A DNA stretch of 64,000 nt from the sequence record PP456877.1; one strand, given 5' to 3'. Below, one piece after another: positions 24,839 to 34,390 of this stretch; within the stretch, counting starts at the first letter, position 1, and each line of letters begins with the position of its first letter. The position numbers and the translations under genes are program-made. The notes beneath the pieces were generated by a model that did not search any database, was not told the origin of the DNA, and was given only the letters and a program-made list of their open reading frames with translations.

Positions 24839-26779
24839 ATGAATAAAATGCTAAACTTCCTAAACCGTACGCTATATAGCGGTACTGAAAAAGTATCTTC
24901 AAAAGCTACACCAAGTCTAGAACACTTTAAAACAAATGTTGAACAAGTAGATAAAAAGATTCTACAACCCTTTAGTACTAAATTTAAAACCATTCTAAAA
25001 GAATGTTACAGTAATGAGGAGTGGGTTGAAGAACAATCATTTATTGAAGAACCTATTGATCTTGGTTCAGCTGCACGCGGTCTTACCGAGCGCGGTATTA
25101 TGCGTGGTGATTGGGGACGCTTAGCGCATTCCACTATTAAAGAAGCAGAAGGTATGATGCGTACTTATAGTGGTCGTCTAAATGAAGATATGGAGGCATC
25201 TGAAATTAATGAAGTAATTCAAGATATGCCTTATAACTTCACAGCTGGCTCAGCTAATACTAGCCGTTTAGAAGAAGATGACTCTATTTTTGTTGAAGCA
25301 GATACAACTGTAGTTGAACCTCTGTCTAAGCAGACTCTGCCAAAAGTAGCAGAGCTTACTAATCAATTAGTGGAAGTCTATAACCGAATTACTGAAGAAT
25401 TTACAGAAACTGGTATTGCTAAAGTTGAACAAGTTGAACAGCCAGCAGTTCTTGTAGCACTTGGTGAGATCATTAGTAGTTTTAATAAACTAATTGATTT
25501 ATCTTGCGGTGCTCTACCAGTGGAAGAAACTGTTATTGTAGAGGAGGATCCGTTACCTGCCATTGTCACTGGTCCAACTACTGAACCCATTGATGGTGAA
25601 ATTCTACCGGTTGATGCTATTAATAATTCTGCGGCATTAGAAGAATTCATTGAAGAAGTATTAAGTACTAATCCAGAATTCATTAAATATCAAAGTATGA
25701 ATGATAGTAATATTGATTCATATCTAACTGGGGATGACTGGATTATACTGAAATTCAAAGATGGTTCTTATTATTTATACAATGCCCAAAGTGCCGGTGA
25801 AACGAATATAGAAATCATGAAAGATATGGCCGAAACTGGTAGTGGTCTTAATGGTTTTATAAATCGGGTTATTCGTGGCGGGTATGTAGAGAAGTCCATC
25901 ATTAATACTCCCGGTTTTATACAAGTCTCAAATGAAGGTCTTATCGATTCAATCAAAAAAGTTCTTGGCATTTCTAATCGAGGTGATCAGAAACGTATCT
26001 GGCGTTCATCGTCCAGTGCAAGAGGATTTCTGGAACAACTAGAATCTACATTTGGCAATCCACAATGGCTTAATAAGCAGGTATTCGTTACTGGCGATAT
26101 CAATAGTAATGGTATAGCTAACGTACTGAGTATTAATGGTAAAGTCAGTATCGAGGATGCCATTCGTGCAGTAGAACCATTCTTCAAACTCGAAGAAAAG
26201 TCTAATCGCGAAATGGAGTCTTACAGGCAGAAGACTAAACCTGCATTGGATCTACTCATTAAGAATGCACATAACCTAGACGCTAACGTATACAAAGAAG
26301 CAAAGGCTATCGTAGACAAGGCACGTGCTGGATTCAAGACTAGTGTTAAATGGCCTGCCGGTACTATTACAGGTAAGGGTACCTATAATTCACCTCGCAC
26401 CGTGGTCGCGAAATATCCATCTACTGATAGTAAACTCAAAGCTCTTACTGAAGAAGAAGCAGCTAAGGCCATGAACTTAATTATATCGGCATTGGAACGT
26501 CAGATAACTCTTAGCTTCAAGTTCCCTGATTTACCAGATCCACTGGAAGGACTAATCTACGATATGTTGGATAACCCTAGTCCAATAGCTGGTATCGATT
26601 ACTATGATTGGAATGATTTGTTATTCGCATGCTTTGGCCCTGGGATTGATGATGATGTGATGGAAGTTAATAAAATGCGGCAATACCACTCATTCATTGA
26701 TATCATGGAGGCCGCCGCAAAATGGGTAGATCGGTCTATAAAAGGTAGGTTAGCAATGGGTAATGAAAACTACCAGTAA
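24839..26779 (+). CDS. Virion head protein (phiKZ gp303-like) with acidic propeptide and KTSC-like domain
   Basis: 646 aa; acidic N-half; SNEGL motif; IILKFKDGSYYLY...GSGLNGFINR. Confidence 0.65.
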   Translation: MNKMLNFLNRTLYSGTEKVSSKATPSLEHFKTNVEQVDKKILQPFSTKFKTILKECYSNEEWVEEQSFIEEPIDLGSAARGLTERGIMRGDWGRLAHSTIKEAEGMMRTYSGRLNEDMEASEINEVIQDMPYNFTAGSANTSRLEEDDSIFVEADTTVVEPLSKQTLPKVAELTNQLVEVYNRITEEFTETGIAKVEQVEQPAVLVALGEIISSFNKLIDLSCGALPVEETVIVEEDPLPAIVTGPTTEPIDGEILPVDAINNSAALEEFIEEVLSTNPEFIKYQSMNDSNIDSYLTGDDWIILKFKDGSYYLYNAQSAGETNIEIMKDMAETGSGLNGFINRVIRGGYVEKSIINTPGFIQVSNEGLIDSIKKVLGISNRGDQKRIWRSSSSARGFLEQLESTFGNPQWLNKQVFVTGDINSNGIANVLSINGKVSIEDAIRAVEPFFKLEEKSNREMESYRQKTKPALDLLIKNAHNLDANVYKEAKAIVDKARAGFKTSVKWPAGTITGKGTYNSPRTVVAKYPSTDSKLKALTEEEAAKAMNLIISALERQITLSFKFPDLPDPLEGLIYDMLDNPSPIAGIDYYDWNDLLFACFGPGIDDDVMEVNKMRQYHSFIDIMEAAAKWVDRSIKGRLAMGNENYQ

Positions 26780-26794
26780 TGTATCTAATATTAT

Positions 26795-26935
26795 GTAGAA
26801 ATAATCCCTCCCCCTTGTTTCTACATTAGTCATAATAGATCGGAGCCAGTCCCCCTTCCAACTGGCTCCCAGAGAGTAAAACTCTTTGCTGGGCATTAAT
26901 GACGATATATCGCCTCCCTTCGGGGAGGCTTTATA
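26795..26935 (+). ncRNA. Candidate sRNA with two C-rich loops
   Basis: TATGTA start, three hairpins, UUCG terminator, no ORF. Confidence 0.6.
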
Positions 26936-26992
26936 TTTTGTTTTTACGTATGTATATTAAAATATGTATAAACAACATAGAGTAATTATAAA

Positions 26993-27445
26993 ATGATCAA
27001 AAATGAACTTTTACCAGGGCTAATCTATGCCCAAAAAGAATTTGATAAAATTGCAGCTAATGTAAAAGACTATGATAAGTATAAAAGACGCGAAGCTGGT
27101 AGGGCAAGTGCCGTTTTAAGAAGTCTAGTGAGCAATATTGTAAATCAGAATAAACCATCCTCACTTGAACATGAAGGCAAAGTTAGTACTACTAATACTA
27201 ATGAATATTTAGAAGAAGTTAATAATTACTTCTTTAACATTAATAATATTAAATTAATTTCTCCTAAACTCATAAAAGAGAAATTAACAATTGATCTAAT
27301 GAATATTTATGTTAAATGGAATATGATTGGAGTGGCTGGCCGAAATGATGTTCCAATTATTGAACACAGAATTAATGATTGGTGCGAAGTGACCGATGTC
27401 TACATTAATGGTAATAAGATAACTTCTTTACAATGGCCACGTTGA
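26993..27445 (+). CDS. Hypothetical protein
   Basis: ORF track. Confidence 0.7.
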   Translation: MIKNELLPGLIYAQKEFDKIAANVKDYDKYKRREAGRASAVLRSLVSNIVNQNKPSSLEHEGKVSTTNTNEYLEEVNNYFFNINNIKLISPKLIKEKLTIDLMNIYVKWNMIGVAGRNDVPIIEHRINDWCEVTDVYINGNKITSLQWPR

Positions 27446-27503
27446 ATTTAAAATAAGTTGTAATAAAATACCTAGCAATACATGTTATGTATTGAAGCAC
27501 AAT

Positions 27504-27588
27504 GCCCGAATGGTGAAATTGGTAAACACAGAAGACTTAAAATCTTCCGGCTACGGTCTTGTCGGTTCGAATCCGACTTCGGGCACCA
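27504..27588 (+). tRNA. tRNA-Leu(TAA)
   Basis: Cloverleaf with long variable arm; GAAGA-CTTAAAA-TCTTC; encoded CCA. Confidence 0.96.
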
Positions 27589-27597
27589 ATTTAAATA

Positions 27598-27673
27598 CGG
27601 AGTGTAGCGCAGTTGGTAGCGCGCCTGCTTTGGGAGCAGGATGTCGGGAGTTCGAGTCTCCCCACTCCGACCA
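27598..27673 (+). tRNA. tRNA-Pro(TGG)
   Basis: CCTGC-TTTGGGA-GCAGG anticodon arm; CCA. Confidence 0.96.
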
Positions 27674-27694
27674 TTTTAATAATAGGTAAATAGG

Positions 27695-27988
27695 ATGGAT
27701 AATAAATGGATATCATGGGAACATCAAATTATAGGAACAGCTCTTTACGCTATTCTTAGTGACCCTGAATTAACTAATATTCAATTAGCTCAAGGCTTAC
27801 ACTATCTAACAGAAGCAAAGTCTTCTGTATTACATGTTTGTAATAACCATATTACATTCACTGTAACCTATCCACATGGCACATTTAGAACCAATGTAAT
27901 TAGAGAGTGCCCTGCTAGTGATACAAATACATTCAAATGGTCAGGTGTATTAGTCCGTCAAAAAGATGGAACATTCTTACCAGAATAA
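27695..27988 (+). CDS. Hypothetical protein
   Basis: ORF track; lies between tRNAs. Confidence 0.7.
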   Translation: MDNKWISWEHQIIGTALYAILSDPELTNIQLAQGLHYLTEAKSSVLHVCNNHITFTVTYPHGTFRTNVIRECPASDTNTFKWSGVLVRQKDGTFLPE

Positions 27989-27995
27989 ATAAAAA

Positions 27996-28072
27996 GGGCC
28001 TATAGCTCAGTTGGTTAGAGCAGGCGACTCATAATCGCTTGGTCGCAGGTTCAAGTCCTGCTGGGCCCACCA
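27996..28072 (+). tRNA. tRNA with CAT anticodon, Ile2-type (lysidine) rather than Met
   Basis: GCAGGCGACTCATAATCGCTTGGTCGC core closely resembles enterobacterial tRNA-Ile2; CCA. Confidence 0.85.
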
Positions 28073-28088
28073 TATACTAGCCTCCCAC

Positions 28089-28346
28089 TTGGGGGAGGTT
28101 TTATACTGTCTCATTGAGGAAAACATGAATACAGTAATAATGTTGGTATTATCTATCAAAGTTGGATTATTTGGTTTCATTTCGACTAATGAAAGTAATA
28201 TCCTATTTGAAAATAGGGAACAGTGTATTTCTCATCTGGATATTCTGGAACATAAATACAAGTCTCTTGAAGTTATTCGAAATGAGAATACTCTAAAGAT
28301 AACCGAAAGAGATAACCATTCTATTTATATTTTTAAATGTCTCTAG
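28089..28346 (+). CDS. Small exported/membrane protein (start likely MNTVIML)
   Basis: GAGGA RBS before internal ATG; hydrophobic N-terminus. Confidence 0.65.
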   Translation: MGEVLYCLIEENMNTVIMLVLSIKVGLFGFISTNESNILFENREQCISHLDILEHKYKSLEVIRNENTLKITERDNHSIYIFKCL

Positions 28347-28642
28347 GAAAATACATGGAACATCAAGAACAAAAAGAACTATTGAGACAACCATTACAAA
28401 CACTTTATAATCTTACTTTTAGTCCCCGTTTACGTAATGGAGCGAAGGCTCCCGATTGGATTCACCTGACCGATGAAGTAACCCTATTCCCAAACGGATT
28501 AGATATTACAATCAACGCTGTTACACGTTGCATCAAATGGGAACTTATCGGCGAGGATGTAAGTAACATTACTTATGTTGAAGCTATGTTCTTTAATAAA
28601 GGTCTTAAAGCAGTTAAAGCCTATCTCAAACATACGGAGTAA
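28337..28642 (+). CDS. Hypothetical protein
   Basis: ORF track. Confidence 0.7.
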   Translation: MSLGKYMEHQEQKELLRQPLQTLYNLTFSPRLRNGAKAPDWIHLTDEVTLFPNGLDITINAVTRCIKWELIGEDVSNITYVEAMFFNKGLKAVKAYLKHTE

Positions 28643-28644
28643 AT

Positions 28645-28992
28645 ATGGATCATCTAACCCCAACGCAGAGCGCTGTATATTTCACATTTATTAGCCCTGA
28701 GTTTATAAAGCTAACTCTTGTTGAATCTTTTGTAGCGATCCACAAGAAACATCCAGAAGTAAAGCATTGCGTTAAGAAAAAGATTAGTGCTAATGAAACG
28801 CAGTTTATCTTTATCTTCAAAGATGGGACTGATAATTTAATCATTACACGTAAAACTGAACCTTGCCCTGAACTGGATAGCCCAGTAGGCGATAGTATTA
28901 AGTTGTCCGGCGAAGAACTTAAAAATATTCTTGCTAAGTACGATCGTCCCAAGGATGGTAACTATTTCAAGCACTGGACTGATCGCCCGTAA
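28645..28992 (+). CDS. Hypothetical protein
   Basis: ORF track; GGAG RBS. Confidence 0.75.
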   Translation: MDHLTPTQSAVYFTFISPEFIKLTLVESFVAIHKKHPEVKHCVKKKISANETQFIFIFKDGTDNLIITRKTEPCPELDSPVGDSIKLSGEELKNILAKYDRPKDGNYFKHWTDRP

Positions 28993-29044
28993 TAAAATAT
29001 TACTGGTTATGTAATACTATGTAGGAAGTCATGTCCATACGTTT

Positions 29045-29121
29045 GCGCTCATAGTTCAGTTGGTTAGAATACCCGCCTGTCACGCGGGTGGTCAGGGGTT
29101 CGAGTCCCCTTGGGCGCGCCA
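29045..29121 (+). tRNA. tRNA-Asp(GTC)
   Basis: CCCGC-CTGTCAC-GCGGG; CCA. Confidence 0.96.
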
Positions 29122-29127
29122 TTTAAT

Positions 29128-29203
<76 letters not shown>

Positions 29204-29287
29204 TATTCTAAAGAGTAGCTTCGGCTACTCTTTTATGTTGCCATGGGTTATCTTATGAATTAAAATGATTTACTTGAGAGCACACTC

Positions 29288-30301
29288 ATGTTTGAATTAC
29301 TATTAGCAACTAGTGGTAAAATAAAGCCAGTTGAATTAGTACAATATATCGGTTATGAAAAAATAGCTGACCTGGATATTCCGTTACATGGTTCTATCCC
29401 TTATATTTGGAACGATAAACTATTCGTTAAGGGTGGCGGTACAGATGTTAGTTCTAGTGATCCAGGATTACGCAGGTTTAAATTAGATGGTACGTTTGAG
29501 AATAATAAGAATTTAAGCAACTACATCTATCATACGAATCCAGCGCAAGACTCACGAACTGGTAGAGTTTATTTAATCAACGGTAGGTCTAATGGTAGCT
29601 GGAGTTCTAGCGTGGTCCATGCCATAGATGCTTCTGCGGAGACTATAACTAATCTTGGTTGGAGCACTCCTCGTGGGAACTATGGTAACTCCACGGTATT
29701 TGACGAAGATAACAACAGAATTTACGTCCAATTCCACGATAGTAATCAGTTCGGTTATTACACAACCGATGGCGTCTATCATAACAGCCCGAAAGGCTTT
29801 CCTGCTGCTAGTCTAAGTGGTGCTTTTATATTCAAACATAAAGGCTACATTTACGTGATGGGTGGATGGGGATCCAGTGTTGCATCAAATCCGGATCACC
29901 TGGCGAAATTCGATGCTGGGACAGCAATGACGACAATCATGAGAATGTCGATTTATACACAATTGTGGGAAGTGTACGATATATTACCTACCGAATACCA
30001 TGGTGGTAACCAGGGCGCCGGTAACTACCATGAAGGTATCTTCAGCTATATTAGCTGGAGTGGTAGTAAACTCGGTGCGGTTCGCTATGATGTGTCTGGT
30101 AAAAGATTTATTCGTTTTGATACGGGTATTAGCTATCGCAACGCGACCGGTGTGGTTGGTAATAAAGGAGAGCTGTATCTGGTTGGTGGATGTTCAATTC
30201 CGTTGGGCTCGACTAACCCACCGTTCGGTAGAAAGGCAGAAACGAAGACAGAAATATACAAGTTCATCCTTCCTGCTCCACTACCACCAAGTGATAAGTA
30301 G
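29288..30301 (+). CDS. Kelch-repeat beta-propeller protein 1
   Basis: LFVKGG, YIYVMGGW, LYLVGG repeats; MFELLL N-terminus. Confidence 0.8.
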   Translation: MFELLLATSGKIKPVELVQYIGYEKIADLDIPLHGSIPYIWNDKLFVKGGGTDVSSSDPGLRRFKLDGTFENNKNLSNYIYHTNPAQDSRTGRVYLINGRSNGSWSSSVVHAIDASAETITNLGWSTPRGNYGNSTVFDEDNNRIYVQFHDSNQFGYYTTDGVYHNSPKGFPAASLSGAFIFKHKGYIYVMGGWGSSVASNPDHLAKFDAGTAMTTIMRMSIYTQLWEVYDILPTEYHGGNQGAGNYHEGIFSYISWSGSKLGAVRYDVSGKRFIRFDTGISYRNATGVVGNKGELYLVGGCSIPLGSTNPPFGRKAETKTEIYKFILPAPLPPSDK

Positions 30302-30453
30302 GTGTTACGTACACCAATGCTAGAACCTCACAGAGGGGCAGGGTACCTTAGTATTGGTAACAGTCTTTACACCTTATAAAGGCAGCCATTTGGCTGCCTT
30401 TATGCCGTTACCGTTTATCTTATGACTTAACTGTATTACTTGAGAATATACTC

Positions 30454-31461
30454 ATGTTTGAATTACTATTATCGCCAGATATAGGCGAAGAGTTACCCTT
30501 GGTTGGATTTAATGAAATTATTAAATTAGGTGATCTACCTGTAGCGTTAGCTGGTACAATGTCATATGTGGATGGAAATACACTGTATGTTGGATCTGGT
30601 CATCATACTGAAGGACAAACAGCTGCAACTGTGTTCAGACGTTTTACCATATCGCCATTTGCCGATATAGGTGCAACTGCTTCTGGAACATTCTTACCAG
30701 GGGTATCTTTAGGATTTGGGACATTACATAAGAATAACTTTATTGTTTATGGCGGTATTACTGGATGGAACTCGGCTGGTAATGGTGGTACGGGAACATC
30801 TAACTTTATACAACATTTTGATATAGCTACAGGCAATAGGGTTGAGCGATATAGTGGTCCCGTACCACTTTGGGGCACAGCCTCCGCATCAGATGGTAAT
30901 GATCTTATTATGTGTGTTAACCCAGTTGGGGTAAATGCAATGCGGTTAAAACCATCGGGTAAGACATGGCTTAGTGGGCAAGATTATTCAGGTGGTGCTC
31001 GTTCAGGTCAACAGTTATTCTTTTATAATGGTTACTTTTACCATTTTGGTGGTTGGGATAATACAAAGAACATACCTAATCTTGAAGTTTATCGATATAA
31101 TGCAACTACCTTAATATGGGAGCAAACACCTTGGATGATTATACCTGCTGATAAAGGAACAATCTGGCAAGGTAATGGTTATGTAGATGGGGACTATTTT
31201 AATTACCTTAACGCTGTTGATGTCGGCGGTGTAACTAAAATGTTTGCACAACGTTTTAATATTAGGCGCCGGAAATGGGCTGAACCATTTGAACTAGGTA
31301 TCGGATTCCTTAATATTTCATCTATAGCTAAAGGTCCGGATAATAGCATGATCATTGTAGGTGGATCTAAAATGCCAGTTGGTGGTGGAGCATATATGTT
31401 GAAAAGCCAATTGTTATCAGGTATCTATCAGGTAAAACTAGCGCCATTAATCATTGATTAA
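30454..31461 (+). CDS. Kelch-repeat beta-propeller protein 2
   Basis: FIVYGG, FYHFGGW, MIIVGG repeats; MFELLL N-terminus. Confidence 0.8.
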   Translation: MFELLLSPDIGEELPLVGFNEIIKLGDLPVALAGTMSYVDGNTLYVGSGHHTEGQTAATVFRRFTISPFADIGATASGTFLPGVSLGFGTLHKNNFIVYGGITGWNSAGNGGTGTSNFIQHFDIATGNRVERYSGPVPLWGTASASDGNDLIMCVNPVGVNAMRLKPSGKTWLSGQDYSGGARSGQQLFFYNGYFYHFGGWDNTKNIPNLEVYRYNATTLIWEQTPWMIIPADKGTIWQGNGYVDGDYFNYLNAVDVGGVTKMFAQRFNIRRRKWAEPFELGIGFLNISSIAKGPDNSMIIVGGSKMPVGGGAYMLKSQLLSGIYQVKLAPLIID

Positions 31462-31513
31462 AATAATAATATTTATAACTATTTAGATAATTATACTGGC
31501 ACGATGATATTAT

Positions 31514-31625
31514 GTAAGAGTACTATAATAAAGTATTCTTAAATCTATCCACTAAACACACTCGGTGGTAGAACTTATTATAGAGTGTGTCTAAATGCCA
31601 GGGGTTTGCCACCCCTGGTTATATT
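31514..31625 (+). ncRNA. Candidate compact structured RNA (kissing loop plus pseudoknot)
   Basis: TATGTA start; complementary loops ATAATAA / TTATTAT; terminal CCAGGGG/CCCCTGG hairpin. Confidence 0.55.
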
Positions 31626-31745
31626 CATTGTTACTATTATAAATTCATTTATAGATGAGAAAAGGTTTTATCACCTTTTCAAAATCGGCATTTAATTCCA
31701 GTTAAAAAACTGAATCTATGCTACATTGTAATAAAGGAGTCTATT

Positions 31746-32258
31746 ATGACTAACTCTAATCCGTTTGTAAGAACTATTGTAAAGTACCAAGATATCCTAG
31801 ATGCTTTAATTCAAAAAACGAATGAGAACTGGGTTAATTATCGATCTAATTCTATTGGTCATATTGTTATTCGTGAATACAGGACTGTTGGATTATTTGT
31901 AGGTCGGCAATGTGGTAGTACAACTGCATTGATTGAGTTTGCTAATCGTCACCCTGGCGAATGTCTAGCTGTATTTGTAGAAGATAAAATTAAACAGGCT
32001 GTACTGGCTAAGTTCCAGAATGCTAAAGATAATATTGTTTCTTGTTTAATTACACACCAACTCCGCAAATATATTCATCAACCTGAAGAATCATCTATTC
32101 AAAAAGATATTAAAGAAGAATTAATATCGTCTGTAAAATATATTCTTGTTGACAATGCCTCATTTAATCTGAACCTACGCGGTATCACTGATAAAGAATT
32201 TAACCAGTGGGTTGCAGATACTTTTGGTACAGAGGTAATGGTGGTTCGTTTTAGTTAG
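31746..32258 (+). CDS. Hypothetical protein with degenerate P-loop-like motif
   Basis: LFVGRQCGSTT ... ILVDN. Confidence 0.65.
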   Translation: MTNSNPFVRTIVKYQDILDALIQKTNENWVNYRSNSIGHIVIREYRTVGLFVGRQCGSTTALIEFANRHPGECLAVFVEDKIKQAVLAKFQNAKDNIVSCLITHQLRKYIHQPEESSIQKDIKEELISSVKYILVDNASFNLNLRGITDKEFNQWVADTFGTEVMVVRFS

Positions 32259-32419
32259 AATTAGTAACTTTGATAGTTTCTAATAAGATTAACTACACGT
32301 TATTTACATAATGTCATAACAAGAAATAAATAATACTCAGATTGTAATAATATGTAGTTATTACATATCTATATTAGGTTGTCAGTAACTCATCTCTAAT
32401 ATAAAATCGCCATAATTCT

Positions 32420-32495
<76 letters not shown>

Positions 32496-32626
32496 ATTCA
32501 TAGTTTTAGATTTAGTTATATTTCACTACTATGTAAACTATAAAGGCAGCATTAGCTGCCTTTATGTCGTCTTGTAAAAGTACCCAGTAGTTGAATCTTA
32601 TAGCTGAATACAAATAGGGTAAAGAC

Positions 32627-32812
32627 ATGTCACTTAAAGCATTGCAAGATATAGTTAGTAGTGTTCCTACAAATGAACAAAAGGAACGATTAGTTAAAGT
32701 TCGGAAAACGATGGAAGAGCTAAATGAGTCTATTAAGAATCAGATTCGTAATAAACGACCTAGTCAAGCTCTTCTCGACAAAACGATAAACTGGGGTACC
32801 AAGTATGGCTAA
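32627..32812 (+). CDS. Small coiled-coil protein
   Basis: ORF track. Confidence 0.65.
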   Translation: MSLKALQDIVSSVPTNEQKERLVKVRKTMEELNESIKNQIRNKRPSQALLDKTINWGTKYG

Positions 32813-33095
32813 GACATTAGTTCGTGCAAAGCTGATTACCGAAGCTGGTCAATGGATGTCGTCTGACTGGGAATGTGGTTTCCGTGCATGTCGATTCGTG
32901 AAACTTGGTAATGATCATGTAAACATAAAAGACTTTGAGGCTATGATCACGGCATTCGAAGTTGGTGACATGTTAGTGATTTGGCCAAATGGGCTTAGAA
33001 CTTCGTATAGTGTGGATAATTTCAATAAGTACTTTTCCCATATCAAAGATGAATACCATGAGACTGATCTCCGTCCACTCTTTTACCCCAAGTAG
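32805..33095 (+). CDS. Hypothetical protein
   Basis: ORF track; overlaps upstream stop. Confidence 0.7.
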   Translation: MAKTLVRAKLITEAGQWMSSDWECGFRACRFVKLGNDHVNIKDFEAMITAFEVGDMLVIWPNGLRTSYSVDNFNKYFSHIKDEYHETDLRPLFYPK

Positions 33096-33566
33096 TTGAG
33101 CTTATGATAACTATATTCGTGTATAAATACATTACATTCGTTATACCCTTTAATTGATTGAAATCAAGCTACATAAAAGTGATTGAATGGTCCATGTAGG
33201 TGATAATTTTAATAAAGGTAAAGGATTTATCAGAGAATATCTCAGTGCATTTAGGTATTTTATCACTCGCCTATCTAAATCACATAAAGCCCTTTACCGA
33301 GGAATGTGAGAATGTTGGTTGCGATTGATAATACTGGGACATAATATGATGTCGACCCAACTGATGAAGTAGACGTAATGTTTGTATTTAGACCCACACT
33401 AAAATAACTTTATATGACTTAATACCCCTCTATATAGAGTGGTCTATTTATAAGTAAAATTATACATAGAGTTAATATTATTTGTAGATTAGTTCTACAC
33501 ATAACTCAACTTGAAACCGGGTGTTAATAAAATTTAACACTACGGAAAACATAAAGGTGTATAAAA

Positions 33567-34196
33567 ATGGCTTTTCATTTTACTGAAGTAGATTTAAATG
33601 ATTTTATCAATGAATCAGGTAAAGACTTAAAAATAAATGTTGGTAAACAAACACTAGCAGTTTATGATATCGATAGGCTAAATATTGTTAATTCAACTAT
33701 TAATAAACTAGTTTATAATGAACCTATAAGTGAAGAACACATAGATGCATCACTTACAGATAATTCATTAAAAGAGCTTAATGATTATTTACTAAATGTT
33801 GGTGTTACTGAAAGCGCTAAAATGATGATTGATGCTGTGTTAGAATTAAGCGATTATCATAAAAGTGATGAATACTTTAACCCAATGATGTATAAATTAA
33901 AAAGTATGCACACTAAAAATACAGATGGTGTTTATTTGATATTTTTACCAACGCCTACTATCGATGATCAAATTAACACCATGCAAGGGTATATTATCAA
34001 TAAATCCGGTAATCTCATTAGGACTACTGTACAGTCATGGCGATTTGAGAAAATTGAATTCAAAGACTTAGCCAAACATGATAGACGTTGGTTATTTATT
34101 GAATATTACATTAATGTTAAACAAACGAAAAATAATATAATCAAAGAGCAACAAGATGAATTAACTAAATTTATTTATTATAGTACTCTAAGTTAA
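33567..34196 (+). CDS. Hypothetical protein
   Basis: ORF track. Confidence 0.7.
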   Translation: MAFHFTEVDLNDFINESGKDLKINVGKQTLAVYDIDRLNIVNSTINKLVYNEPISEEHIDASLTDNSLKELNDYLLNVGVTESAKMMIDAVLELSDYHKSDEYFNPMMYKLKSMHTKNTDGVYLIFLPTPTIDDQINTMQGYIINKSGNLIRTTVQSWRFEKIEFKDLAKHDRRWLFIEYYINVKQTKNNIIKEQQDELTKFIYYSTLS

Positions 34197-34252
34197 AACA
34201 AATAAAAAATAAATATAAGAGCTAGCCCCTAATGGGCTAGCTTTATGTTATC

Positions 34253-34390
34253 TTACTCTGCTACATCTTTTACATCAGGTTTATTATTCCAACGTACTGC
34301 TCTCGCAATACCATACGTAAGAATAAGAGCACCCACGGTGCCAATAGTGGTGCTAATAATAATGCCAAGAGTTTTTGGATCAATATTCAT
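34253..34390 (-). CDS. Small single-TM early protein missing from track (45 aa)
   Basis: MNIDPKTLGIIISTTIGTVGALILTYGIAR...; AGGA RBS; own early promoter; hairpin downstream. Confidence 0.65.
   Translation of the reverse strand: MNIDPKTLGIIISTTIGTVGALILTYGIARAVRWNNKPDVKDVAE

Noticed and set aside
27492-27689. 65-aa ORF in track
   Set aside because: Lies entirely over tRNA-Leu and tRNA-Pro.
33096-33566. Possible ncRNA or degenerate tRNA in the 470-nt gap
   Set aside because: Only weak AT-rich hairpins and a doubtful 40-codon ORF (MVHVGDNFNK...); no cloverleaf or convincing start/terminator pair.
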